DNA of 63,168 nucleotides, counting the filler, from Bigelowiella natans CCMP2755 (taxonomy: Eukaryota; Protista; Cercozoa), in NCBI GenBank assembly GCA_000320545.1. It is 8 parts of 8 records of this genome, joined end to end, with 100 filler letters (N's around TTAATTAATTAA, not from the genome) between each part and the next. Parts side by side here need not be neighbours in the genome. Positions count along the whole stretch, not along the records: positions 42,774 to 45,710 come from ADNK01000464.1; positions 45,811 to 58,337 come from ADNK01000364.1; 6 more parts are not named here. The stretch is one strand, 5' to 3'. Each line of letters starts with the position of its first letter. Position 1 is the first letter of the stretch. The notes under the pieces are model-generated. The model saw only the letters and a program-made list of their open reading frames with translations. It was not told where the DNA came from and ran no database searches. A program made the position numbers and the translations under genes. Below are positions 42,774 to 55,247 of this stretch, piece after piece.

Positions 42774-43248
42774 CTACATTGGTTACCGTCCATCCCAGAA
42801 AGGCCATTAAAACATTTTTGCAAGGGTAAAAACCCCCCGGAAAAAATTTCCCCGGGCTTATTAAAAAAGCCCAACGGGGAAACCTGTTTATGTAACTTTT
42901 GGCCTCAATTTTTTATTTTTGCCCCCCTCAAGGGTACAATAAAAATTTTCATTTTCCTCATCATCAGGTTTTTCGGTGTGGGCCCGAAAAAAAAGAAGAA
43001 ACCCCCCCAAAAGGGGGGGGGCGGCGGGACCCACCCAGCAAGTGTTGGTAAGTTCTCTGTCCCGCTCGCCCAAGGGTACCAAACAAAAAAAAAAAAAAGA
43101 GGGGGGGGGGGGGGGGGGGAGGGGGTAGACTGGTTGTGTGGTGTGTACGCGTTCGACGTCATTTTGAGATTCTATATATTGACATATGGTACACTACTAC
43201 CTACCAATGGATTTTTACTACTACTACTATTACTACAATATGGTTCAG

Positions 43249-44461
43249 ACAATTTTTCGGCGAGCCTCTTCTCGAATGCGTCGGGGTCAAGAATGATCCC
43301 CGGTTTCATCCTTGTAGTAGCAATAGAAGCAGCAACAACCGCAAGAGATCTGGCCAATCGATGATGGATTCATCATCATCTTTATCATCATCATTATCAT
43401 CATCATCATCATCTTGTCTTCTCCCAGTACATGAGGCCTTCCGAGGTCTTCGCCGTCATATATGCGCTGAAATGAAGCATGTTTCTACTGTCTCCGAGTA
43501 TCTCTGCTCAGCTACGATCGACCCGAACGAATGGAGGGTAAGTTCAATGAGGTGTATAGAACTGCCACGAAGGGGAGGGATACTGTGCGTGTTGTTGTGT
43601 GATGATAACAACGTCGGTAACAATATTGAAAATTCAAGTTCGGTTTCGATCCGTTTGTATTATGGTGAAGAAGAAGATATTGGCCAATGTCTTTGTCCCG
43701 CCGGTACCACGTGATGATCAATCGCTTTTTATCATCCTGTTGACTACCCAATACTAGGAACAACTGCTGGAGGTGCGGCAAGAGGACCCCCCCCCCTTCA
43801 TGCTTCCAAATCTACCACCACCAGCGAGAAAGAAGATAAGGGAGAGGGCCAAAAGTAGCCCTGATGCAGCATTATCCATCGTGGAATTTACACAAATCAT
43901 CCTGAACCTCTCTGCAGTACAATGCTCAACCACCAAACGTCAACGAGATTCCCTCATGAGGCAGGTCCGCAAAACAAACGTAACATGAGCAAGGGGAGTA
44001 TATATCAGCCACTTCATCCAGAAGATTCTTTACCATCTCTTTTGTATGAAAGCACACTTTCTATACGAATGATTGTTTTATACGCCCAGGCCTCAGAGCG
44101 AGGGAAGCACCAGCTTCCAAACCTGCACGACATCGAACTATCAATCGCAGATCTGCATGCGCGATCTGTGTTCCTGGAGGGCGCAGCACTTCTCAGGGCG
44201 CGAGATAACTACTTGGCCTCCAAACTGAAAGCAGCAGAGATCCCGGCTAAGCTTGATTCAACCAGCACCATTCATGAAAAGGGTGATAATGATAACAAAA
44301 AAGATGACGATGGGAGGGTGGCCAGTATGAAAAGAAACGCGGGGGCCGGTCAAAAGAATGACTCCAGTTGTAATGTGGCTCGCAAATATCCGTTTGTGTT
44401 TGAATTTTTCGATGGTCCTTTGTACCATTACTTATGTTCGGTGCACTCAAGACGAGAATGA
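43249..44461 (+). CDS. Hypothetical protein, 3' exons
   Basis: Three protein-like GT-AG-bounded segments ending ...KYPFVFEFFDGPLYHYLCSVHSRRE*. No family recognised. Confidence 0.5.
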
Positions 44462-44580
44462 AAGACGGGGTTGGTTGCTCGCATGTTTGCAATGTGTGCG
44501 GCTACAATGAGCAGTACACAAAGAATGCAATGCTCGCGGCTCGTGACTTGAATGCAACTATTCATTGCACGTGTACCGAA

Positions 44581-45155
44581 GGTCGAGATTGGACGCATGT
44601 GTGCATTTTTTGCACCCCATCACATCGCCAGCAAAGCACATCCTGTTCCACAGTGTGGCACGCCATGCGAGTCACGCGGTGCATGCGCAACACCGGATGG
44701 CTAGCTAGCTAGATGGGCATTGAGTCGATGTTGTTCCAGCGACTAGGCAAGGCTGATCGCAATGAACAGGTGAGGCTAGCTAGTGGACACACAAAGTGCA
44801 CAAACAAGGCAGTGGTGTCATGCTGGCATGCACGATGAGGGCTAGAGGGGGGTCTAGCTAGGGGGTCGAGGGGTGCCGAGCTGTGCGATCTTGCGCTCAA
44901 CCAACAATTGCGCAGGCTGACTAGGACTGAGGTCCTCACTTGGCCAGTTGGCTTGTCCAGGTTAGCTAGCTAGCAGGGACTAGTTAGCTAGCTTCTTAGC
45001 CGCACCAGGTTTGTCAGGTGCAAAAACTCTTGATGAGTGATTCGAATCAGTTGTTCAGCCTGGGCAACTTCTGCATCCCCAGGCATCCAGGAAGAGTCTT
45101 TTGCAACAGGTTAGTGCGGCTGCGACGGCTAGACGGAATGTCTAGATGGATAGCT
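44581..45155. other. TpA-depleted, CTAG-enriched degenerate patch flanking a young LTR
   Basis: All 21 TA dinucleotides counted are followed by G (16 CTAG, 4 TTAG, 1 ATAG). Confidence 0.75.
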
Positions 45156-45710
45156 TGTAGCGCGTACCACTACGCGGGCACAAGTCACGTGCGACAACAA
45201 AGGGGTTGTCGCGGATATAGAATATAGATAACGTAGATATTAATACAGCATAGGCACGTGGGTTCCGGCGGGACTCATGGCAGCACACCGGAAGTGTGCT
45301 GCCCCACGTGCGGCGGCATTCGCGAAAGCTTCGCGAATGATTACGCAGTGCACGATTTAATAAAAATATAATCTTTAATAAAAATAAACACAACTCTTCA
45401 AAAGGAAGCAAACGTGCCTTTCCCCCCCCCTGCCTACTTGTGCACGTAGCGCCTCGGCCTGTGAACACCTTACGCGCAACAACCTTTGGCTTCCACACAC
45501 GGGAAACGATTTGACTAACAATGTCACAGCAGCTAGAAGAACAGCAGGACTTTGGCTCGCAGGCCGTGCAAGGGCACGAGCAGAAACAGGAAAGGAAGGG
45601 CGATACGGACGCTAAGGAAGGAGGAGGAACACTCCACAGGCACCGGCGGGACCAGCACCGGTGATTAAGAAGCAGATGCAGCAGCAAAGCACTGGAGAAC
45701 TTCTACGAGG
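45156..45710 (+). mobile_element. 5' end of the same LTR retrotransposon family: 5' LTR (45156-45481), PBS-like site, leader/gag start
   Basis: Identical 326-bp LTR. After 5 nt comes TGGCTTCCACACACGGGA (tRNA-3'-complementary PBS pattern), then an ATG at 45521. Truncated by the contig end. Confidence 0.9.
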
Positions 45711-45810
45711 NNNNNNNNNNNNNNNNNNNNNNNNNNNNNNNNNNNNNNNNNNNNTTAATTAATTAANNNNNNNNNNNNNNNNNNNNNNNNNNNNNNNNNN
45801 NNNNNNNNNN
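45711..45810. other. Artificial contig-join spacer
   Basis: N-TTAATTAATTAA-N. Confidence 0.97.
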
Positions 45811-45844
<34 letters not shown>

Positions 45845-46180
45845 ACATATTCACACACGCACACACGCACACACGCCCGCGCGAAAAAAGCGCGCTCTCC
45901 CCCACATATCTCTGTGAAATATATTCTCCACACCCCCCCCCCCCCCCCTTCCCTTTTTTTCCTTGTCTCTTTTGTAGGAATTGGTGTTTGGCGGGGGGGC
46001 TCCCCCCCCCCCTTTCCCCAACCATTTGGGAGCGCACCCTTAAAAAAATGGTTGGCTTGAAATTGAAAGGGGGGGGGGGGGGGGGGGGGGGGTGCTGAAT
46101 ATATATTACAAAGATATTTGAGGGGAAAGCACTTTTTGCTCGTCAGGGCGTGTGTGCGTGTGTGCGTGTGTGCATTCGTC

Positions 46181-46214
<34 letters not shown>

Positions 46215-46245
46215 GTGCGTATTAATTGTCGTGTTGTTTTTGCAG

Positions 46246-46663
46246 GGCATGGAGGTGTTGAAGAACTTCATCGAAGTAGATCTAAATCCCGAGGAGAGAG
46301 CACTCGTTGGTTCCGCAGTACGATGATGAAGCTCGACGACAGGAAGAGGGGAGGGAGAGGATTAATAGAAGAAGAAGAAGAAGAAGAAGAAGAAGAAGAA
46401 GAAGAAAGCAAAAGAATCAGCTGCAGCACAGCTCTGTCGCTTTTCCTGCATAAGAGCGCAGATTGAAGCGGCGCTACAGATCGTACTTAAAAGAGGTGCT
46501 GGTATACGTGTGCGGCAGTGGGTGTCAGCACAGCGTTTACCCGCGCAAATATTTGTGCCGCCAGCAAGTATGCACACATATAAAGTTCAAAACATTTATT
46601 ATCAAGTCATTATATATAAATCTAGAGATAACATATGCACAGACTGCATGCATGCACACACAG

Positions 46664-46730
<67 letters not shown>

Positions 46731-47450
46731 TACCTAGCATACCACAATTTACATATATATGTGCTTCGTATGTGGAGGAAAGGTTTCTGTCGGTGTGGTT
46801 GTGTATTGATGCTTACGTAAAACATGCCATATCAAGACATTCTAGGATTGGCGATCGATTGCCAATAACAGTAGCAATTCTAGAAGCACCCTTCTAGCTA
46901 GCTAGCCTTGCTGAATTGAGTACAATTTGACGATTTCATGCTAGATCAGGCTTAAGCATATGTGAGACATGTGTGCTGCGTGCAGCTGCAGGCAAGCGTT
47001 TCATGTGTCGCACATGGACAACACGCCATTACGTAGCCCTTGATCGATGTGTGTAAATACTCTCTGTCACATCTGTATTCTTTGCCCTTGCTTGCTTGTC
47101 TAGCTGCATACATGCATATGCGTACGCGACGTGCCAGCACGCACACACAAGTCAATCAATCGATCATCATTATTGGCATAGGAAGCTGTAGCAGCGAAAT
47201 CATGATCAGGCTGGATTTGCTAATTTAGCCCGTTGCAGACAGCAAGGAACATATGCTCTTGTTCTACTACTTTGAGCCCTACTTCGTTTGGATGGATCTT
47301 GTCGTATTCTCCAGCGCTCTCCAAAACGATCGCACTCTGCTCACAGCGCTGGCGGAGACGGATGGAGTCTCTTTTTTTTGTGAGGCGGAGAAGGCGTTGG
47401 ATCAGCGCTCGAGCAGCTCAAAATCGTGCGTTTCCCTGCTAGAGAGTTGA
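46246..47450 (+). CDS. Hypothetical protein, 3' exons
   Basis: Tentative splicing GMEVLKNFIEVDLNPEERAL-IEAALQIVLKR-DSKEHMLLFYYFEPYFVWMDLVVFSSALQNDR...LLES*. Confidence 0.4.
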
Positions 47451-50205
47451 CGGCTCCAAGTAATATTTCCACAGGATTCCACTGCTGCTTCCCCTTCCCC
47501 TCCTCCTCTTTCTTCTGGTCTGATGTGGACGCTTTCAGCGCAGCCAGCAGTTTTCCAATCGTCTTCGAGCCCTGGTTTGACTCGATGGACCTCATGGTTT
47601 TCTCCGGAAGCACGCCGTACTTCGCCCACACGCTCTCTTCTTCTGGGACAGCTTTCCCCTCCCTGCTGTCCTGGGATGGCTGCAGTTGCGTCGGCTCCTT
47701 CACACGAGACATGGCGCTTGCGAGAGCATTTGTCACCGCGGCGAGAATAGACCGGCCTCCTGGAATGTTGGCGCATTCGAAAGATGAGAAGGGTGGGGGG
47801 GGAAGCGACGATGAAGGGTGGGTGGGGGTTTGGATCTGAACTACCTTTCTCAACGGCCCATTTGCACGCACTCCACGCGAGGATGGAGTGTGTGCATTCC
47901 TCCAGTATGATCTTCCTCAGGATTTGCTTGATCTCCGGATCTCTCACGGTGGCAAGCTGCCTCGCGCCATACATCAGCCCCATTGTTTCTCCATAGCATC
48001 CTGGGTTTGGGGAAGAGGCCAACAACCCAAACACAGATGTGAGCTCATGATCGATCCGCATGCATTGGGAGGGATGAGCGTGCAGAGCACAGAGAGCACG
48101 GCGTAGTGACAAATGCAAGAAACTATGATTCTGAAACAAACCCTCTACAGCCAGTTTCGCCGCCATTTCTTCGAGCGTGTTGGCGATGGATAAGGACTTG
48201 CCCACGGGGAAGTCGTCAGGGGCATACACATTGTTCCCCGGGTCGAATCTCCGCGCCAGATAGAAGCAAATGCGCGCATGGCGAACCTGATATGAAGCGC
48301 AACAGCCATCATCACAAGAAGAGGTTATGGCGGATTGATGAAGGCAGCATCGGCGTTGATGGTTACGAGGGGTGCATAATGCTCAACCTCATCCTGTCCC
48401 GCCACCAACGCTGCATTCACGAGATTAGCCGGAGCCCCGAACTTCATCAACTCGACTGTCTGGCTGGCGAACGACGCGATGCTGGCGTGCTCGCATTTCG
48501 CTTGATGCAGCCATGCATCCCTTAGATTCTCTCTCACTGCCTTGCTGATCTTCCTGTATTTTTCCTTCGTTCCGATGTCCGTCCTCATCGTCTGAGCCGA
48601 ATTACCAGCATTGCCATCATCAACTAGTCTCATTGCTTTGAGGGAGTCTTTGAGAGGCACGCTCGTGCTCCAATCCATGCCGGGATCACCTTCCTTCACG
48701 CCGCCTCTTATGTTGGAGAGTATGGGTACAGAGAAGGTTACGTCAAGGCCCTTCTCCTTCCCTTGTGTCGCCCCCCCTTTTGAGCGATCTTCTGCTGAAA
48801 TGTTGTTACTTCCTGCCTCCCTTTGTTTCCGGTCATCTGGTCTTGTGCTTGTTGGTTTAGGGGCTGCTTGAATCTCGTCGGTTTCCGAGCTGTCATCTTT
48901 ACTTGCGAAAACCCAGCTGTCTTCAGTCGGTGACTTGCGTGTTTTTGCGGGCTGTTCTAGGGATTCAGAGGAGGAATCTGGAGAGGAATCTGAATCCGGA
49001 TAGGAATCTACAGAGGGCAAAGAATTTAGCTGCGGCCTGTTTTCCATAACGAGCAGGTCCGTCAAGAAGACTCCTTTGGGGTCAGGGCTTGTTGGAGTGA
49101 CAGCGGGTACGACGGGTGAGGGAATCGGAATATCATCTCTGGTAATCCAGCGGCCCATTATCACCTCTTGCTCCTTACTGGGAGTCATAGAGCGACCTAT
49201 CATCATCCAAGGCGGTAGTTCACTGCGGGGGGAGTCGCCATCTTTCGTCTTCTCCTTATTCTCGCCGGAATTGTCACCGGTTTGAATATTTGTATCTTTC
49301 CCTTCGTTTGGGTTCGCCGATGCTGTTACTTCCTGCGGTGTAAGCTTGAGTTGCTTTGTTGGGATTGGGCACCTCCTGTTTACCATAGGTGGCGTAGGCT
49401 TTCTACTGTTGAACTGCAGTGTTGGCACCACCTTTTCTGTCGGACTGGGTGAAAACTGGGCCTTCCTCTTGCTGATATCCATGGAGGGGATTTGGACAAC
49501 CCCTCCCTTCTGTCGCCCCATTACTTCTGGTGGGTGCATTGGGCGTCTGTTTTTCATGATTTCCTTGTTATCACTGACCAATCGCGGCTGTGGTTTTTTG
49601 ACCGGCATCAGCTTGTTCGGCATCACTTCGGGTCTTCTGTTATCCATAACATGTATTCCCGAAAGTGGTTTATTTGAAAAGCTTGGTTCCAGCTGTGGAG
49701 GAGACGGAGGCCTTCTGTTGACCATGATTTGTGGAGGCAATCGATTAATCATAACGCTGGGCTTCAATTGCGGAGGAGACGGAGGCCTAGGCCTTCTGTT
49801 TTCCATAATTTGTGGAGGTGGTCGATTTATCATAACGCTAGGTTTCAATTGCTTAGGGGATGGAGGCCTCCTGTTGGCCATGATTTGTGGATCCGGGAAC
49901 AGAGACAATGGCTCAATCTTCCCTTCTCCCTTTTCTTCATCATTACCCCCATCAAGACCGAGTGCTTCCCTGCGATCACACCACACTCGATTTACCCTCA
50001 TGATATGCCCTTTTCGTAGGTTTGCATTCTTAAAGAGAGGATCACACGCTTTGAAATTGTTCAGTCGTAAAAATGGCCCCGCATCGTCATCAAGATTTAT
50101 TCCTTCGGATTGAAACGCTTCCGCAAACCGAGAGAGCTTGGCTTCTTCAAGCAGCTCCTTGTACGTGACTCCACTCTTCTCAGCCTTTGACGGAACGCTT
50201 CCCAT
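47341..50205 (-). CDS. Myristoylation-motif + SAM-like + MxNRRP-repeat protein with a C-terminal bacterial-type ferritin-like di-iron domain (4 exons)
   Basis: Start MGSVPSK at 50205 and long exon 1 to 48388. Spliced WLHQAKCEHASIASF...GAPANL...GQDE-VRHARICF...LAVE-GCYGET...DPEIKQILRKIILEECTHSILAW...YGVL supplies the E, DExxH, E and EExxH ligands. Confidence 0.82.
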
Positions 50206-50584
50206 CCTGTTTTGAATGCTGGATCGGTGAATTTGCTGGATGGAGCAGCAAGCAGTCGGATTGAGACGAGACTTGGAGCAACAAGCAATCTGTGCGGGTT
50301 GTGAAGCAATTCCGAGAATTTTCCACATTTCACTTTCGAGAGAAAATGGATGGCCTTTTGAATCTGCGTCTTCGGAAAACAAAGCGAACCGAGAATACAA
50401 GGGCATAAAGAGCGAGAATGGCCGTCAGTACCGGGTGAGCATTTTACAGCGAAACTCGTTCCCGCGATAATTTCCGCGTAGGACGTGATTCCGCGGGGTT
50501 TTACATCTGCGACAATAGGAAAAAAACATTGCAAATTCCGTAATTTCGAGGGGGGGGATCATAGCCTCGACATCCCTAGCCACG

Positions 50585-53500
50585 ATGGAAGAAAAGCTTC
50601 TGGAGTGGATGCAGAGGCTGGATTACCGGCCTAGTGATGGAGCTCTACCAACCCCCGAGGACATGTCACACCTCTGCCGCGGAGATATGGTAGCCTAAAA
50701 AGAACATGCATTGTAAGCTGAAAAGGGTGTTTATCTATTAGGGAGCTGGGCGAAGGGGAGGGAGATTTTGTGAATTCTTGATCAATATTTAGAGCTAATA
50801 TTTTGCCTACACTGTAGAGGAAGATGTGGGAGCATCTAATGGAAAACGTGCTTCCTGTTGAAAGAGTTACCAGCATGAGAGGTAAGTCTTTTTCGGAAGT
50901 GGCTAAACAAGATGATACTGTTTGTAACCTTCTAGCGTAAAGCACGTGAGAGTGAAATACATTTCCAATATATTTATTGGAAAACCTACGTCACATCTCA
51001 GGAAATCTGAAGCTCCAAAAGTTACTAAGAAGCTCCAGTGAAGAGAAGGTTAAGTCGCTAAGGAAGACGAAGATGACGAAACTTGCGCATCTCCACCAGC
51101 TGGGAGAAAAGATCAAGGCAACACGCAACGAAATCGGTGCCCTATCACGAGATATCTCAAAAACAGAAGCAAAACTTAGCCTATGCAGGGAGGAGTGCTC
51201 TGACCTGCGCCAGCGGAAGATTCTATACGATACGTATAGAACTAAAACCGAGAATAAAACCCAGCGTCTTCGCCGATATGGCCACAGCTTAAACAAACTG
51301 GTACCTGTTTCCTCGAAATTACACTGGTTTTTTAAAATTTCATTTCATCTTGAGATTGGGAAGGTCTCTTTCCAATGAGAAGCGGTCATGATAGCTCCAA
51401 ATAACAGCCAAACTTATTTTACGAACTCATGCTACAATTCGTTATTGTTTATTCAGTTGAGGCGCAATGGCATCTATCCAAGCACACCTGAGATTCAGAA
51501 GCAGAAGAGGGTCTTTTTTTAGCTATTACGATAATCATATACACCATCAATCTGTCCTCTCATTTTTGACGGAGAGAGGGAGCAAGCGGATCGGATCTCG
51601 TAAAATTTTCAGCGTCTAGAGAGAGAGAGAGCAAAGGACAATGTCTCTTTTTTGTCTGCTACCTGATAAATGAACGTTTTTTCGTACGATATTTGGCTAG
51701 GGCCACGCAACACAGGTTTCCGACTACTGCGAATATTTGACTGCAAAGCTCTGCGCTGCAAACGCTCCGTAATCACCCTTCTATCCCCTCGTCATATCAT
51801 CCAGCAAAAACACTACTCCACCCCCTGTTTTCAAAAATTCCCCCTCGTGTTCACACAAGACTCCAATCTACAGGATCGTACCTAGAGAGAGAGAAAGCGC
51901 CTTGAAGCTGGAACAGAGCGCGAGGAAGACAGACAGGCATAATGCCAAGATGGCCATAGGCTCGAGGCTGGAGGCAGAAGCAACTCCCGAGAAGCAGCGT
52001 GTCGTGTTTGAGGAGGAGAGCTGGTCGCCGGACTCGTTCCTCCAGGCTCTGACGGAAGATGCGGATTCAAGAGCGAAGAGACTGGACGACGAGGCCAGTA
52101 AAGTGGACCCCAAGAGCGAGATCGAGAACCTCAGACTGAACTACTCGGATAAGAAGGTCTACACACACACACACACACACACACACATTTCTGTGTGCGA
52201 GCGACAGTTTTGGACGTGATATAGAGTGTGTTGTGATGGGATTTGAGACGGGAGGAAGGTGGGCGACCTTGCCATTACCAACGTGGTATTCTGTTAATAG
52301 AATCCCGAGAAATTGCTCTCAGAAGCTGTCGCCATGCTGCAAGAAATCGTCCGAAATAGACGCAGGAACCACGTGGCGCGGTTCATGGAGACGGAGGAAG
52401 CGAAGAATGAGATCCATAGGCTTATTTCTGAGAGCCGATCCTCAACTTCCAACCTCCCCGCCTCCAAAACCCAGCAGCTGCGGGTCCAGAATGAGGAGCT
52501 CAAAGCGCAGATTCGATATCTCAAAGACAAGGTAGTGCTTCAACAGCGACTGCAATGCTACTGCCATAGCGCTAGCTTTCTCTGCTTTAGCAATCGCCAA
52601 TGGCTGTAAGCAATTTGTGATATATCGAAGCTGCGTCTATAGTCTATGTTTTTGGTCAGATACACTTACTCTCAAAGGAGCAGCGGCACCTGCTCGAGAA
52701 CAAGCGGCAGGCGCACGACACGTACATGCAACTCAAGGGCTTCGCGCACACGCGCCAGGTGTATTTCACGCAAATCCGGCAGTTTATCGAGGCCAGCAAA
52801 GCCATAGAAAGCGAGGTCGGCGTGCTGAGAAGCACTGTCCGCACGTTCTGCGATGAGAAAATCTCACGGCCGATGGAGACGGTCATCGCCATGCAAAAGG
52901 AACTCAAAAGCATGCATCAAGAGGAAATCGAGGCGTTCGCACCCCTCCGTCTCAACACCGCCTTGCGGAGAACCCTGAACTGGAGAGCCAAGGAGGGTGG
53001 CGGTTGCAGTAGCGACAAGCTGATGGAAATGGCTGCTGCGGGGTGCCATGTCGAGCGCTTTGAGGTGCTGCCAAAGCCAATCCAGCCCTTGCTCGCCCAG
53101 ATTGGCTTCCCAGTGTTGTGGGGTTCGCCATGCCGCCTCGTCGCTCATACACAGCGGCACCTGGATGCGCTGGAGGGCGCGGAAACGACGGCCAAGATGC
53201 TGCTTGAACAGCTGGAACTGATGGACGACGAGCTGCAGAGGCAGCCAGAAGAGTAGTCGCAACACGCTCATTTTTGTCCTCGTACTTACATGCTGCATGC
53301 TTTCAAGCAAGCAACGACTCAAACACACACGCACGCACATTCCATAAACTCAAATGTGTAGAATGAAACGAGCGAGCGAGAGAGAGAGAGAGAGAGAAAT
53401 GGGCTAGGAGCTAAGCCCAGATGAATACAATGGTCACATATGAAACACCATCTATAACATCCAGGTATGCAAATGGCGTGCTACGTCGTATCGGCACAGT

Positions 53501-53735
53501 ACCACAGGCTTACTCCGATGAACGCGCTCGATTGGAGACTGCCGTCGATAAAATTCGAAAGGTTTTAGAGGCGAAGATACCGTTCGCGTTCAAAAATCTT
53601 CATTACTACGTCGAGCAGCCTAGCCAGCACGTTGTCCCATGGAAAAAGGTACATGGCAAAAACCTGGAGGAGTGGATGGCGAGCATGACAGGAGCAAACG
53701 CACGACTGCAAGAGCTTCTTCGATCACGGAAATGA
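50585..53735 (+). CDS. HAUS5: HAUS augmin-like complex subunit 5
   Basis: N-terminus MEEKLLEWMQRLDYRP...LCRGDM-RKMWEHLMENV...R-GNL, long coiled coils, and C-terminus YYVEQPSQHVVPWKKVHGKNLEEW. Matches the HAUS5/AUG5 terminal motifs (CRGNM..W; WWEQPA..V.W..VDG). Confidence 0.82.
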
Positions 53736-54431
53736 GATGCACGAAGCACTGTCTAGCTGTGCGTGCGTGTCAAACCTCTCTAGCGTTGCATGCCATGGTT
53801 TAATTATACACGTGTAGTGCATACCATGACTTTTGCGGAAGATGGCATGCATGGCAGTACAATTCGCAGCGATATGGAATCTCTGCACATCTAAATGCGC
53901 GTGTGTACCAGGTCGAACTATAGTGAAGTTGCACTGCAAAATTATGGCTGAGGCGCGGTCAGACGCACATATCTAGATGATGATCGCACCGCAAGAACGT
54001 GTCTCCATGCACATTTGCAAAGCTATAATTTTAAAGCGACAGGTTAATTAGGATGACCATACACATCTAGACGTACATGTGTGCAACTATAACGGGCATG
54101 AGCATGTATGTCTAGGTGTGGATGTAGCTAGGTAGCTAGGTAGCCTATAGCCTATCTAGCTACATCGATAGTTCTGACACTCACCACACAAGCTAGCGCT
54201 AGCTAGCACATCTAAGTATAGCCTGATGTGTTTCACATGATTTCGCGCGTGCACACGCTGCTAGTACGCGGGACGCATGATGCAAAAGCAACAAAATTCT
54301 GTGCCTCCAATTGCTGGCTCTAGGGCTGTCTCCATGTGGCAAGATGTCTAGGTGTAGCCTCGAGCTCACATTTTGAGCACATGCGTAGCAAATTTGTATG
54401 AGAGTACGTGTGCGCACGAATTTGTTATCAA

Positions 54432-55247
54432 TTACAACCTAAGCTTTCTTTGTTTCTCTGATTGAGATCTTTCATTATCATTGTAAGCTACCACCTGAGG
54501 TTAGGAACATTTAATAGCCGAGATAAGTGCTGTTTCCCAGCAGCATTATAACATGTACGTGAGAACGGTTTCATCAATCCTAAACGTGCCTAACGAATAA
54601 TCACCATATCTAGAACTTTGTCGTTGAGTAGCTCGTCGATTCCTTTCCTCGATTTGCTCGATGTCTCAACGTATTTGAATGCACCGAGTTCTGATGCTTT
54701 CTGAACAGCCTCTGTGAAGGATACGATGTCTGTCCTGCGACATTCGTAAATTATTGAGCAAATCAAGCGAAAGCAAATCTACTCTATCGAAGATCACTTA
54801 CACAGAAGAGTGGTCGCGACGATCTGTTTTTGTTCCCACGAGCACGAAGGGTGTCCCTGCTTTGTTCTTTTCGATCTCGCTAACGTAGTGGCTTATTTTC
54901 TCGAACGATTTACGGTTCGTGACATCGAAGACTACCCAGAATAGCGTGGTTCCCCTGAATATGAGAGGGGAGAGCGGAACAAAGCGCTCCCGTCCTCGAA
55001 AATGGTCCCAAACATGGAGCTTAACTTTGGTGCCCTTGTGTGGTACTGACATCATCTTCAAATCCACCCCGATGGTAGAGAGGAATTTGCCCTCTTTGAA
55101 GGTGGACTTTGGATCACTTGCAGAGGTTACGAGAGCTGTCTTGCCCACGCCTGGCTCACCTAGAAGCTGAATCTTTATAGTTTTGTTCTTCGATACCCCC
55201 GCGGCCCTGTCAGGGGCAGCGGGCGCTGACGATGACGAGATGCCCAT
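54432..55247 (-). CDS. Atypical Rab-like small GTPase with an N-terminal MGxxxS motif and no C-terminal cysteine
   Basis: MGISSSS..., GEPGVGKT, STIGVD, WDHFRGRERF, VFDVTNRKSF, VGTKTD, YVETSSK; 2-3 exons. Confidence 0.85.

Noticed and set aside
42774-43130. Homopolymer-rich stretch with odd ORFs (similar at 45860-46140)
   Set aside because: Looks like low-quality read ends at contig starts.
49680-49890. Repeat-spacer-like DNA periodicity resembling a CRISPR array
   Set aside because: It is an in-frame coding tandem repeat (QIMxNRRPPSPxQLKPSV) in a eukaryotic exon, with no unique spacers and no cas genes.
50206-50406. Upstream in-frame extension of the 693-aa ORF
   Set aside because: The ORF track starts further upstream, but MGSVPSK at 50205 gives a canonical myristoylation start and the extension lies in the short divergent promoter shared with HAUS5.
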